DNA from: Squalus acanthias
Taxonomy: Eukaryota
Direction: 5' to 3'
Assembly: GCA_030390025.1 (NCBI GenBank)
Contig: CM059438.1
Span: 17,112,001 to 17,176,000, forward strand
DNA length: 64,000 nucleotides
Part shown: positions 39,266 through 50,696 of the stretch, one piece after another
Numbering within the stretch: position 1 is the first letter of the stretch
Layout: each line of letters opens with the position of its first letter
Notes under the pieces: generated by a model
What the model was told of the DNA's origin: nothing
What the model saw: only the letters and a program-made list of their open reading frames with translations
Databases searched by the model: none
Made by a program: the position numbers and the translations under genes

Positions 39266-40394
39266 TGTTCATCCATGGTCGATGCAGTGCCAGCACAGGA
39301 TCATTCAGTAATCCATTTGTTTTTAAATCGAAAAAAACCAAGACGAAAAATGTCAAGACGGGCATGTGGAATTTTCACGCTATGTTTACTTGAAGTGCAA
39401 AAAACACCCAGCAGTGTGATTACAGATTTTTCCTCCCCAATGTACATCGGCTGGAGATAGCAATTTAAATTACAATCTACCCCTTAATTCGGAGGTGCTT
39501 AATTTGAATAATCTGATCATTCAAAAAAAATGGTGGTGCAAAAATGGCCTTTAATCATCAAGAGTAGACTGTGACAGTAGAGCAAAGTATTGGAGATTAC
39601 AAATCTGTTTAGTTGCGGCAATAAGCAAAGCAATCTGAAGTTAGGAACTGCATCACACAAGCGTTTCAAGTGTGATTTCTGCTACAGCATATTGGTACCA
39701 GCATGTGAAATAATCTAGTGGCAAATTGATGAACTAAAGTTTAATGTTTGATGACATCTTGTCCTGCAGAACAAATAAAAGCAGCAGCTAACTACCACAT
39801 AATAATGAAGGTACTTTTCCAATGGTAAGCCGCCCGCTTCAGTAAAGCGGTCACGAGTCAAAAGCTGTACAAGCTTCACCCAAGCCCCCATAGCCAAATG
39901 GATTGCAAGGCCATTGGACACAGATCCCTGTCCCACTCCTCCATTTCCCATAGATTCTCAGCGTCACTCGATTCTAGTTTCACTAACATTTAAAAAAAAA
40001 AAGGGCTTTGGAATTACAGGGTGCTAGCAAACGACTGTGTATTGCATTCCACTGAAATTCTGCTGTTTCAGTGGAAGTGTGAACCCACGCAAGATAAATG
40101 GATTTAAAGAGCTCCTATCTTTAATCAATCAGTGTAATTTCAAGGCCCAAGTTCACATCCAGAATTGCTTACATCAACATAAAAGTGACAGTATGATAGG
40201 CAAAAAGTAACTAACCGTCCAATAACATACTCTCGATTGCCCTCAACGCTTATACGTTACTCTTGCATTTTAAACTCTGCTTCTGTGCATACTGCACGTG
40301 TATTTCCTACGATATTTTCAGCATTCAAATTTCCATCGGCATTGCTGGTAAAATTAGAATGAGCTGAACAAATCAAACCACACTTTATCCAGTA

Positions 40395-40753
40395 CAGGAA
40401 ACTCTTTATTAACCGGCACCCAAATATCCGGAAATCTCTCTTAACCGGCAAAATTCTTGAGTAGGTAACTGGGGTTTTCCTTCATCTCTCGTTTAAGATT
40501 AACTTTTTATAAAAAAAACCCCGAGGCGTTTGCCTTGTATCGGAGCATGTAGATTGGGTGGGGAATGTGCAGCCCGGGTAGGCAGCGGACACGACAGATG
40601 GTCAGCTGGCGGTCCCCGGGGAGACGGAGCTCCGAATGCAGGCGCATGTCAGTGTGTACGGGGCTCTCGTACGTTGGGAGATATAACTCTCCGTTATCCG
40701 GACTTTTTGATAAACCGGCACCACGCCGGTCCCGGTTAATAAAGAGTTTCCTG
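40395..40753. mobile_element. Non-autonomous Tc1/mariner-pogo MITE, copy 2 (opposite orientation, different subfamily)
   Basis: Perfect 22-bp TIRs CAGGAAACTCTTTATTAACCGG and TA duplication (40393-94 and 40754-55). Subterminal segments match copy 1 (GGCACCCAAATATCCGGAA; GATAAACCGGCACCACGCCGGTCCC). Confidence 0.9.
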
Positions 40754-43434
40754 TACTATGAATAAAAGGAATTTTTTTTTTTGCAGCTAAAATGGTGGCA
40801 TTTTGAAAGGGCCAACATTTTATCAGTAATCACACAGAAAAAGTTTAACTCTAATATTTTAAATCAGAACTGGAACGTTACTAATTTCCTTTAGAAAAAA
40901 GGGTAAGGAACTCAAGACACTCATTTAAGGTACTTTTACTTTCGGTGCTTCTGTAGTTTGGATGGTAGAAGACTGGTGTATATGCACCACCTCCCCAAGT
41001 CTAGTAAATCTAGCTCCCTTGCTCCACAGTAGAACTGCAGACCTAAATTTCCATGGGTCTACAGTTCTGTTGTCGGGATAAAGAAACCGGTTTCAACAAT
41101 GTAAACCTGATGTGAGCCTGTTACCCAAACTACAGGAACGCCAAGTCTAAACTGTCTTAGGATATTTGGCAATTCCTCACATGTGATTTGCCACACACAT
41201 TCACTTTCAGTGGTGAGGGTGAGACACAAACAACTCTATTAAAAATCAATGTTGTTCTGCAATTGGTAGATAGGAGGCAGCACTTATGGTGAAGACGACG
41301 GTTTAGTCGTCGTCTTCCTCCATCTCCCAAAAAAAACAAACCTCGCACTTTTTCAGTAATTTCCATCTAAGAGCCTAACTGACTGATAAGGAAGTGCTTG
41401 ACTGTCTAAACCTTGATTCAACTCTGCATTTTTTTTTTAAATTCTGGATTTAATAAAAGATGAATATACCCATTTCCAACAAGAATGAGGGTATTACATT
41501 GTGCATATTCACTTTTAAATAGATTTGAAATAGAGCCTAGAAGGGTTAACAGAGGGGTACTGTCCTGTTGAATAATCATTTATAATTTTTATTCTTCAGG
41601 CTCAGTTACAAATGAACATTCTATGAATGAAAAAGGCTACTTGTTATCATTCAGAGAGAACACTGAGGGAAGGAAAAAAGACGACATTATTCCCTTTCCA
41701 GTGCAGCTCAGAGTGGGCTGTTCTTAACTTCGTGTCCTACATGACCCCGCAAGTCTGTGACTCCATAGTTTTAAACCTTGGTTCAACTGCTCATTTAGTT
41801 CAAGTTGAACAGTTGTTCACTGCAGCTTTTGTTTGGGGGGGAAAAAGTGCAGGTGTTCTTTTCCCACCCATTTTAACAGAGGATATGAGGAACAATGCAG
41901 TCACATTAACAGCGTGAACAATCTGCATCAGCCTGTAAAAGTTGACAGCCACCCCCACATGAGCCGAGCCTACCAACCCCACCCCCCCCCTGGCCCCCCC
42001 GCCCCGGAAAACATCCAACCTCAACCACAAATCTGTCTGCTGCCTATAAAATCCACCAATACAATGGGAGAATTGTCCAGTGAGCCAGTTTCCTAGAGTA
42101 ATGACATTTTTTGTTTATGGTCTAGTTCTTAGGCTGTCAGTTTCAACATCCAGTTGTTAAAACCCGATCTGCTTAAATGCAATTCAACCCGATTCAGGAA
42201 GGATGTGCTTTAATTTTTAGACTGAAAGAATTTCCCATTTGTGTACTTGGGCAACGATGGTAAATCTGTTGGAAATAGCGCCTTCTCAAACATGCATTAC
42301 ACTGCCAGACCTCTGTAATAGCTAAACGTGCTGAGATATTAAGGTGCTTCAGGTCACCTCTGTAATATGTAGGACTGTTAAAGGCTCTATGCTGCAGTCA
42401 ACAATTGGTTTGTTATACTTCCCTTCCATGCAGACTATAGTTTGCATGCTGCTACAGAAGGAGAAATATCTCTTCCACTACCCACTGGTAAGTTACTTAG
42501 CAGGTTAAAGTCATTTAAATCTAGCTCTGCGTGTAACCAAAATGGCTATATTGTACCAGTAATTAATTGAGTCACAGATTGGGATTTCAACGCTTTCTTA
42601 CATTAAACCTGCCTGGTTTTTTGGAACTGCAGAATAATTCACTGGTTTTCAGAACTATCTTTATATCCCAAGAGATCAAGAGAAGGCTATTCAGAACATC
42701 CTTAGTTTTAATTCAGATCATCAGATAAAATGTTGCTGCCAATCATTTGAAAGTTGTTTTGGTCTTGCTATTTCTGCTCCTCGGGTAACCTGGCTCCCAT
42801 CAGTCACACTCTAGACAGAGCCAAGTCTGTGTGTTTCATTTTTTCCTGATTCAGAAACTCATCCAGCTCTTCACTGAGTAACTCCCTGATCCAAACATTA
42901 CTGCACAAGAAGTTAATAACCATGAGGGGGGCAGGGGAAAAAAACTTCATAACTCACTTGGTTAGTGGGTTATCTCATTTTGAAATGGAGAACCACCAAG
43001 CATCTCTCTGGGTCACTCCCTCGTTATTTACAGCACGTGGGTCATGCCTGGCCAGTTTTTGAGGGAAGAGTTGATGTCCCTCAGTCTGTCTTCACAGCAC
43101 AACAGCCCCAATCCAGGAACCACCCATATCATCCTTTTTCAAAATATCTCCATATTATTTCAAGCACAGTGACTATCCCTCAACCAATGTTCCCTCTAAG
43201 TTGCAATCTAAGTGTGCGGTCCCTTTAAATTTGCTAGCGGCTCCGCATGCTTAGGGGGACCATTGACCCCAACATGATGCTCAACACTAATTACAATGCA
43301 ATCAGTAAGTCAGAACAGTTCATTTTTGTTCTTTTAAACTTTTCCTAAAACACATTGTCAAAAACCACTTAAGCTTAAGGCATCTGATTTGAGAGCGCTT
43401 CATTTTTATCTGACATAGACAGACTGGTGAAATA

Positions 43435-43897
43435 GGCAGACTTCAGTTATGTGGAGAGACTAGAGAAGCTGGGATTGTTCTTCTTAGAGCAGAAACGGTT
43501 ACGGGGAGATTTAATAGGTGTTGTTCAAAATTATGGGGGATTTTGAGAGTGTGAATAAAGAGAAACAGTTTCCACTGGCGGGTAGGTCAGTAACAAGAGG
43601 ACACCGATTTAAGATAATTAGGAAAAAAGAGGGGAGATGAGAATTTTTTTATTTTTTTTACGCAGCGAGTTATGATGATCTGGAATGTGAGTTATGATGA
43701 CCTGGAAAGGGTGGTGGAAGCAGATTCAATAGTAACTTTCAAAAGGGAATTGACTATATAGTTGAAACGGACACATTTGCAGGTCTATGGCGAAATAATG
43801 GGCCTAATTGGATAGCTCTTCCAAAGAACCAGCACAGGTACGATGGGTCGAATGGCCTCCTTCTGTGCTGCAATATTCTATGATTCCATGATTCCAT
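43435..43897 (+). mobile_element. CR1 LINE 3' end
   Basis: S-Y-V-E-R-L-E-K-L-G-L-F-x-L-E-Q-K-R-L-R-G-D-L-I, with a 3' UTR GGGTCGAATGGCCTCCTTCTGTGCTG followed by TTCTATGATTCCATGATTCC. Confidence 0.9.
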
Positions 43898-44562
43898 CAC
43901 CATAGATATCATGGCTATCTTGCTCTTCTGCCAGGCTAAGCATATGGCTTTGTGAAGCAGTGACCGACAGCAGACTTTCAGGACTGGAGTGAATTTTTAC
44001 TTATTCAATGTTTTGACCAACAGCATACATCACATAAAACACTTCATATTAAAAAAAAAACTGTGCTGGCTTGAGGGCAGTGGCACAGAATGTTATAGTG
44101 CCAGTCTACCATGCCACCCAGTGGATTAGGACACAGGTGCACAGCTCACCCACTGAGTTGCCAACCGCTGCCATGACATCATGGAGAGAGATGAACAGAT
44201 TCCCCACAGGGAATCACCTCAGGCCACTTGAGTGCACCCTCATAGCAAGCCTCAGAACAATACTGACAGTAGCCCAGCAGGTGAGTTACCCTTCTGACTG
44301 CAAATGATTAGTGATGCAGGAAACCCAAAGAGTGAGAAAATACCTTAAAGAGAAGGAACCAGTTTATAAGATGCCCATAACTATACAGATACCTTTCTGC
44401 TGGTGCGTAATATCTATTGGGAAATACTAAGTGGAATGAGGGCTTCAATAATAGTTCTAATTTCTGCCATGTTATCCCAGCTCAGCATTTGTTCATTTTT
44501 CCCCAACCACTTTTATTACAAATAATTGTAAAAATAAAAGTGAAGTAAAATTTTCAAAATAC

Positions 44563-45015
44563 AGGAGCTTCCCCCCAGTGGATCAGTGAGTTGTGGTTCG
44601 CCAGTTGTGGTTCTAAGCCAAGCAAATCCGGAAGGTCCTCCCTTCAATCACTAGTCTGTGGAGAGTTAGAAGAGGTGGCAATAGTGGCGCTACTATTGGC
44701 CTCAGTACTCCTGCACTGTGGTGCATGGGAAGAAGGAAGAGGAGAGAAAAACCATCAGGCTGGGTTCCCATTCACAATCACTATCAAGTGATTCCTGCTG
44801 CAAATTGTGCAGGCAGACCATAAATGGGCCAAGGATGAGGCTCGACTATAATATCCCCAAGCCCACTGTCAAATCGCCTTGCAAACTCACTGCCCAGGTT
44901 CACCTCTGAATAATGATCAATTGGGCATGATGTTAGAGAGCTGCCTTGCCAAAGGAACCATGGCCCAGCACAAGCTAGCATCATCGGGGTGTTGGAAGAC
45001 TGGGAAAAAATAAAA
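44563..45015 (+). mobile_element. SINE-like family B, near full-length degraded copy
   Basis: Contains the motifs seen in the 18.0, 30.4, 39.1 and 45.7 kb fragments, in the same order. Confidence 0.55.
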
Positions 45016-45464
45016 TCACCCTTAGTGGAGAATGTTACTTAGTCACTTAAAATTCAAATAAAGGAGGCTTTAAATGTTGAGCGGGCTTCACTTTTTTGAC
45101 GAACAATACATGGAACTGTTACTTTAAAAAAAAACGTACATCAAAAGAAATCCCCCCCCCCCCCCCGCCAGGCCTCATCACTTCGGAAGGCTGCAGCTGT
45201 GCATTTCCAGCCGCCTGCAGCTTGACCTAGCTTCTTTGGCAGTGCATGGTACAGTGACAGACAAGACCAGTGTGATTTCAACCAAGACTGGCACTGCACC
45301 TGATCCTCAATGACTGGAGAAGGCTAGTGGTTTCGGCAAATTTGACAGCATGCAACTAAAACATTATTGGTATCTTTTACAATCTTAAGTATGTTAGAAG
45401 GTTAAGTGCATTAAGATCTTCACTCTCCTCAGAAGGAGGTTATTAAATGTTCAGAGAAAAAGGG

Positions 45465-45697
45465 GAAAACAAACTGCAAATGCTGAAAATACATAGCAGA
45501 CCCAACTTCAGTAACCATTCACCTCAGAAAAAACACTTGCACGTTATTATAATACAACATATCAAAATGGGCAAATAAAATGCTTGAAATATGAAATAAA
45601 AACAAAAAAATGTTGGAAATGAGTTATCAGCATCTGAAAGAAAAAGTTTTAGTTATGATTCTTCATTAGAACTCAGGTGTGACCTTTCAAAGAACCA
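45465..45697. mobile_element. Penelope-like terminal relic
   Basis: CTGCAAATGCTGAAAATA..., AAATGTTGGAAAT...CAGCATCTG and CAGGTGTGACCTTTCA are homologous to the 18.9 and 59.4 kb relics. Confidence 0.45.
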
Positions 45698-45707
45698 TCA
45701 TCACTAC

Positions 45708-45785
45708 ACTGGCTAAGAGCAGCTAGCTCAGCACAGACCAGGGGGTGCAACCTTCCAGGTCTGGATGGTTCAGGTACCAGTTGAA
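45708..45785 (-). mobile_element. SINE-like family B 5' fragment
   Basis: CAGCTAGCTCAGCACAGACCAGGGG...AACCTTCCAGGTCTG is the reverse complement of the head seen at 39.1 and 44.6 kb. Confidence 0.45.
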
Positions 45786-48700
45786 CCTTTGAAGGCGCGC
45801 CCGCATTTTTTGTTTTTTATTTTTAATCTCCATCAGAGCCTCGAGCCAGCAGGAGTTATATTTCCCCAAGTAGAAGACGGCTCGTGCAGATAATTCCCAT
45901 ACTTTTGCAGCAAAGAATGTAAAATTTCTCCCAACGGTTTAATGTGATCACTATTTGTAAATCATACACAATCTTTTGCCTCATTGTCAATTTTGGTTTT
46001 AAAATTCAGCCTAAAAAAAAAAATTAGATCCCCAACCACCTTAAAAAAATTAATTGCAACAACCATGTACAGTTAACAGTGTGAACCGCTTGGAGGATAA
46101 GGGAAAGATTTCCTCCATTCGGCACAACATTACTCTTGGCAAAATTAAAAGCAAAGACATCCTGTTTCACGGCAGCAATTTCTTTAAAGAAATTCTTTGC
46201 TGTGCAAAATACTGCCCAAATGTTATTCTCAACACCAAGTACAGATTGCTATTCAAACAAATACTTCTTACAAATATTAAATGCATTAAGACCTTCAGTC
46301 TCCTCAAATGTTGAGAAAAAGGGAAAAAAACTACAAATGTTGAAAATACATAGCAATACAAATATTTCATACCTGAAAATTGGCCTTTTTGTACTTTCTA
46401 CTTCAGCCCACCTCACACACCTACATTGTCTTAGAATTCATCGAACCACAAAAATCTAGGCCAGGAATATAACCCATCTTTCAAAAATTGTCTTTGCTGA
46501 CTAAACTATCTCCCCCCGCCCCCCCCTCTCCTCACCTCCGGTCCCCCATGCTGGGATAAAGGGAGCAGTTTCAACAATGTAGATGTGGCACGCAGACACT
46601 GCTCTCCTGTGATCTGAACTAAACAAGCGCTTCTGATGTAAAAGTGCCTCTGATGTCATTGGGTCTCAAAGTCAGATTATTTATATTAGCAGTGCCATCA
46701 ATGGCACAGCATCAAGGAAAGCTGCCTTGCAAAACTCCTCGGCTAAATCAGATCTGTGCAGGGCACTTGATGCCAGTTTCCTGTGGCACTTGAATGGCGA
46801 GCCCACCGAGAAATGTGAATTTGCTTCTTTTTTTTTAAAAAGAAAGTTCTAAAATCTTGCAAATCTCCCATTAAATCTCCGTCTTTCTGCACTCCTGATA
46901 AATCACAACTGTAAGTGACATTAGTTGTTCTGTGCCTTGAGCAATTTCTTTCCAATTACATTCTTGAAATAGTGCCATTAACTGCCTCACTAGCTTGATT
47001 ACCCACTTTGTCCAGCTGTTTTGATTGTGCTAAGTTTGATAGCCAGCCATGTGCATCTACTAAAACGCAAAGCTTCATTTTAGCAACTTTTTTGTGTGTA
47101 GAAAAGGAAGAATATCCAACTTCTATGAACAATAAAAGACACAAAGCATGTATTTCTTTTAATTACACTTTAAGTATGTGGACAATTATTAAAAAGTACT
47201 CCATACTGTTCTTTATGACAGTTCTGTGAGCCACAACAGAATGACCTCTGGCACCAGCATCATGTATTACTTTTACTGCTTGGCTGAAAGTTGCTGCTTC
47301 TGGGCCATAACAGCTGCTGAACAGAGCAGGCAGCGTTAAAAAACCCACATGTAATACTGCCAGGAAGTATATCCATGATCTAAACTCATCAAAACAAGAC
47401 GACTATAATATAGATACAGAACATGCAATCAATGGAAAACTAGAAAGACACAAACAGATTATTGGGGGACAGACCACTTAACTCCAAAGTACCATCAGAC
47501 TAGCAGGAGTTGAGGTACATCGCCTGACACCCTAAATCCATGAATTCCTCAATTACAGTTTTGCATTATTACCCTTTATTTTGACGCTTCAACCTTAAAA
47601 GGTTTACTTCCATCTTTCCGAATGGCTCTTTTTCGGATGCCTTTCGGGTTACAGGGGCTGGCTAGGAGGTAGGTTAAGCTAGAATGCAAGGCCATTTGAT
47701 GTGACTGGGTTGCTGTGATGGTCTACAATGATCAGCAATGCATTCTCACTAACCCAGGTCAACCTCTGAAGACATTGGACTTAGGGATGGTTTCTTTATC
47801 TGTGTACTGTACATTTCAACAGCACCTTATCAGGCTTGTTTAACTTCCTATCCTTGACTCAGCAGGTCATTGTGGCAACATTTACAACAGGAATATTTGC
47901 AAGTTATGCACGTGGATCTTTTAACATAATTTCAGTTTTGATTTCCAAGTAAATTGCATCTGTACTTATCTTCACTGACATTTAAGACACTGTATCTATG
48001 CACAGCTGTTGATATCTTTACCCAACATCTTGAACAAAACAACGAGCAGAAATCTCACTACTTTTGATATCTTTTTGCATGGGGGAGTAGAGAAGTCAGA
48101 TTTAATATCAGATTCTTACTAAATGGAACTTTGTGATTTACAACAAGCCCCACACTATATGGTGTACTCAAGTATTAAAAACTTTTCCACCTTCAGTCAT
48201 GCAGTGCAACAGCATCTGGCATACGTACAAGGCAGATTAGTGTTCAGAGGAAGGTATGCTTAGAATTTAGTGAAAAACAACCTGTCATGTTACTGAATTG
48301 CAAATGTTGGACGTAAAGCAGTCACATAATCATCGACATCTCACAGTAGGAAGATTTCCTCTGCTCACTATCTGTAGTGAAATCATAAACACATTCTTTA
48401 TGATTTTGCTTTGAACAGAAGCATGCGTAACCCCCAGAATATTGGTCAGTCGCCACATGTTCAAGGCTCACATTGATTAGGGGGTTTACAGTGTTTGCAT
48501 TCAACAAGATGTGAATGGACATCAGAGACAGGAGTAGGCCACAACTCCACAACAGCACATGGCTTATCAACTTTTCCGTTTTCTAACAGTTTGCACAGGA
48601 ACAATTTAAATTGGGCATTTCAGTTCCAAAACATTACTTCAATACACAAAGCAACAGATGTTAAGCAACTATTTATCTTGAGTTCAATTCCATACAAAGC

Positions 48701-49648
48701 TCCAAATATTGTCTACTGTGACCAAAACCTGCATTGCAGAACTGCCCCACACAATGGAAGCTTTTCACTGTCTATATAAATTAAACGGTGTTTCTAAACA
48801 CTATCTTCTCATAAGTCACAATAAGATTTGATCAGAACAAGTTATTGAAGTGTTCGTACATTAACAGGAATACAAACTACACACTTCCCTCTGCGCACTT
48901 ATTTTTCTCAATTTTAAAAATAGAAAACTCACAAAGTATAGCTACTTTGATCACCACGGGCAACAAGCAAAAATTTTAACAGGCACCGAAGTTGATAAAG
49001 GGGACCGTCTCCTGGTAGTTCCTGAGGTTTGGCCAGCCACATAGAAGAGTTCATATCCAACTATAATGGGCAGAGCAGTTATCTAAAACACTCCACCAAA
49101 AATCACCAGGCCACCAATTTATTCCGCTCGTTAGCGAGAAAGAGAAAGAATTCTTGCCAAATAAAAGAAAGAAATAGCCCTAGACAAAAAAAATGTTTTT
49201 CTTTCATTTGTTGATTCATTTGTACATCAGCAACACACTTAATACTATAAACAACAATAAAGAGGAAACCAAAATTCATGCACAATAGATGTTGCCAGAA
49301 AGCTACCATAAAGCCTGGCTCCAGTCTTCTGAGATAAGTAGCGCCAGAATAATATCTTATAAATTTAACAATTGGACTATTAATAGGGACTTGATAATAT
49401 AACAAAGGACAGCATACAGGTGTTTTGTTAGCAGCTGTAGCGGATCACACAGTGATAATTGGGGTCAAAGAATGACCTATTGTGCAGTGTTCAGACCGTC
49501 ACTGGAGCAGAGCAAAGAACACTGCTTAGGGTTCACTTGTGCTTGTGAATACAGAACAGGAATGCTGCTGGAAAGGGAAAAGGACATCATGATCTTGCAC
49601 AACTCTATAGCTACTTTTATACTGGTACCATTTTAATATCGGTCCCAA

Positions 49649-49822
49649 GAGACTGATGTCCATGAGCTAGCTCCTGGCATTTATCCTGATAAATCTGGCT
49701 CCCTTATCACAGCAACAGACACTCAGGCTCGCAAAAATCAGGGTCTACAAGTCTGCTGCTGGGATAAGAGAGCAACATTTAGCAGGATGAATGCCAGGAG
49801 ATGGTGCACGAGCCATGGTCTC
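49649..49822. repeat. Fold-back hairpin: arms of about 72 bp, 30-nt loop
   Basis: 49671-49720 versus the reverse complement of 49751-49800 aligns without gaps at 43/50 identity. Confidence 0.85.
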
Positions 49823-50594
49823 CCAGAAGTCACATTAGAAATGGCCAATATAAAGTATCAAGTGCCACAACAGCAACACTCACTTCTGCCCCACAGAGCT
49901 CTGCTGTGCAGCTCTTTCAAACTGGATCAGAGAAGACAACATTAAAACACTTGTGGTCACACTTCCAGGTCTGGCACGGTCAATGGGACTCCTTTTTGCT
50001 GCACTGTGGTTGTGAACACTGGAGTCAATTTCACAAACCGAGGGGCAGGGGAGAAAGTTAACTTGCAACATCTCTACATACAATACGAGTTTTGGTGCTT
50101 CAGAGGCTTCCACTTCACAGGATCAACTGGTAATCTATTTTCTACTGGTGTTGAGCCCTATTTCAGAGGCTTCTGAAATGAGCCATACCCACAATGTTTT
50201 CTATAAAGATAAGTGAAACTAGAAAGGGAACTGAAGCGCTGTTGCTAAAATAACGAGCAGGGCACATTTTTTAAAAAGTAGTGGTTTTTTGCTTCTTGCC
50301 AAGGGCCAGAAACAGCAACCTTACTTGCTTTGCACAAAATTGGCAATCACCTGTTTGTTCATTTGGTAAGAATTGATGCAGTTCCTTCCTTAGCAAAAGG
50401 TACATCATACACAATAGTGTATCACAGATCCTATGTGTGCCGAAGTCTATGATACACATTAGCGGCAATAAGACCAGTTCACATAGCTCATTTAACAACA
50501 GTTTTATTTTTGTTAGATGCTACTTTAAAAAAAAAACCATCAAGCTTCAATTGATCCCACTGAAGCAAAGAAAATACATCTAGCCACTACTTAC

Positions 50595-50696
50595 AACAAT
50601 ATGTGCTGGAGATGGTGACCTAGCATCCTTCAGTCCTTGCCTACCCTGTAGGCTCCCTGCCTGTACATCAATCAATGGCCATTTCATCTGCAGGTA
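50595..50696 (-). CDS. Internal coding exon, phase 0/0 (YLQMKWPLIDVQAGSLQGRQGLKDARSPSPAHIV)
   Basis: Long polypyrimidine tract ...CTTCCTTTATTCTGTTTCCCATCTCCAG|, exactly 102 nt = 34 open codons, donor GTT|GTAAGT. Contains an RSPSP phospho-type motif. Gene identity not recognised. Confidence 0.8.

Noticed and set aside
39820-39832. Plus-strand ATG|GTAAGC donor-like site
   Set aside because: Isolated, on the opposite strand from all supported exons, with no acceptor or ORF support.
50595-50696. Assigning a gene symbol to the host gene
   Set aside because: I do not reliably recognise the peptide; a BLASTP search is needed.
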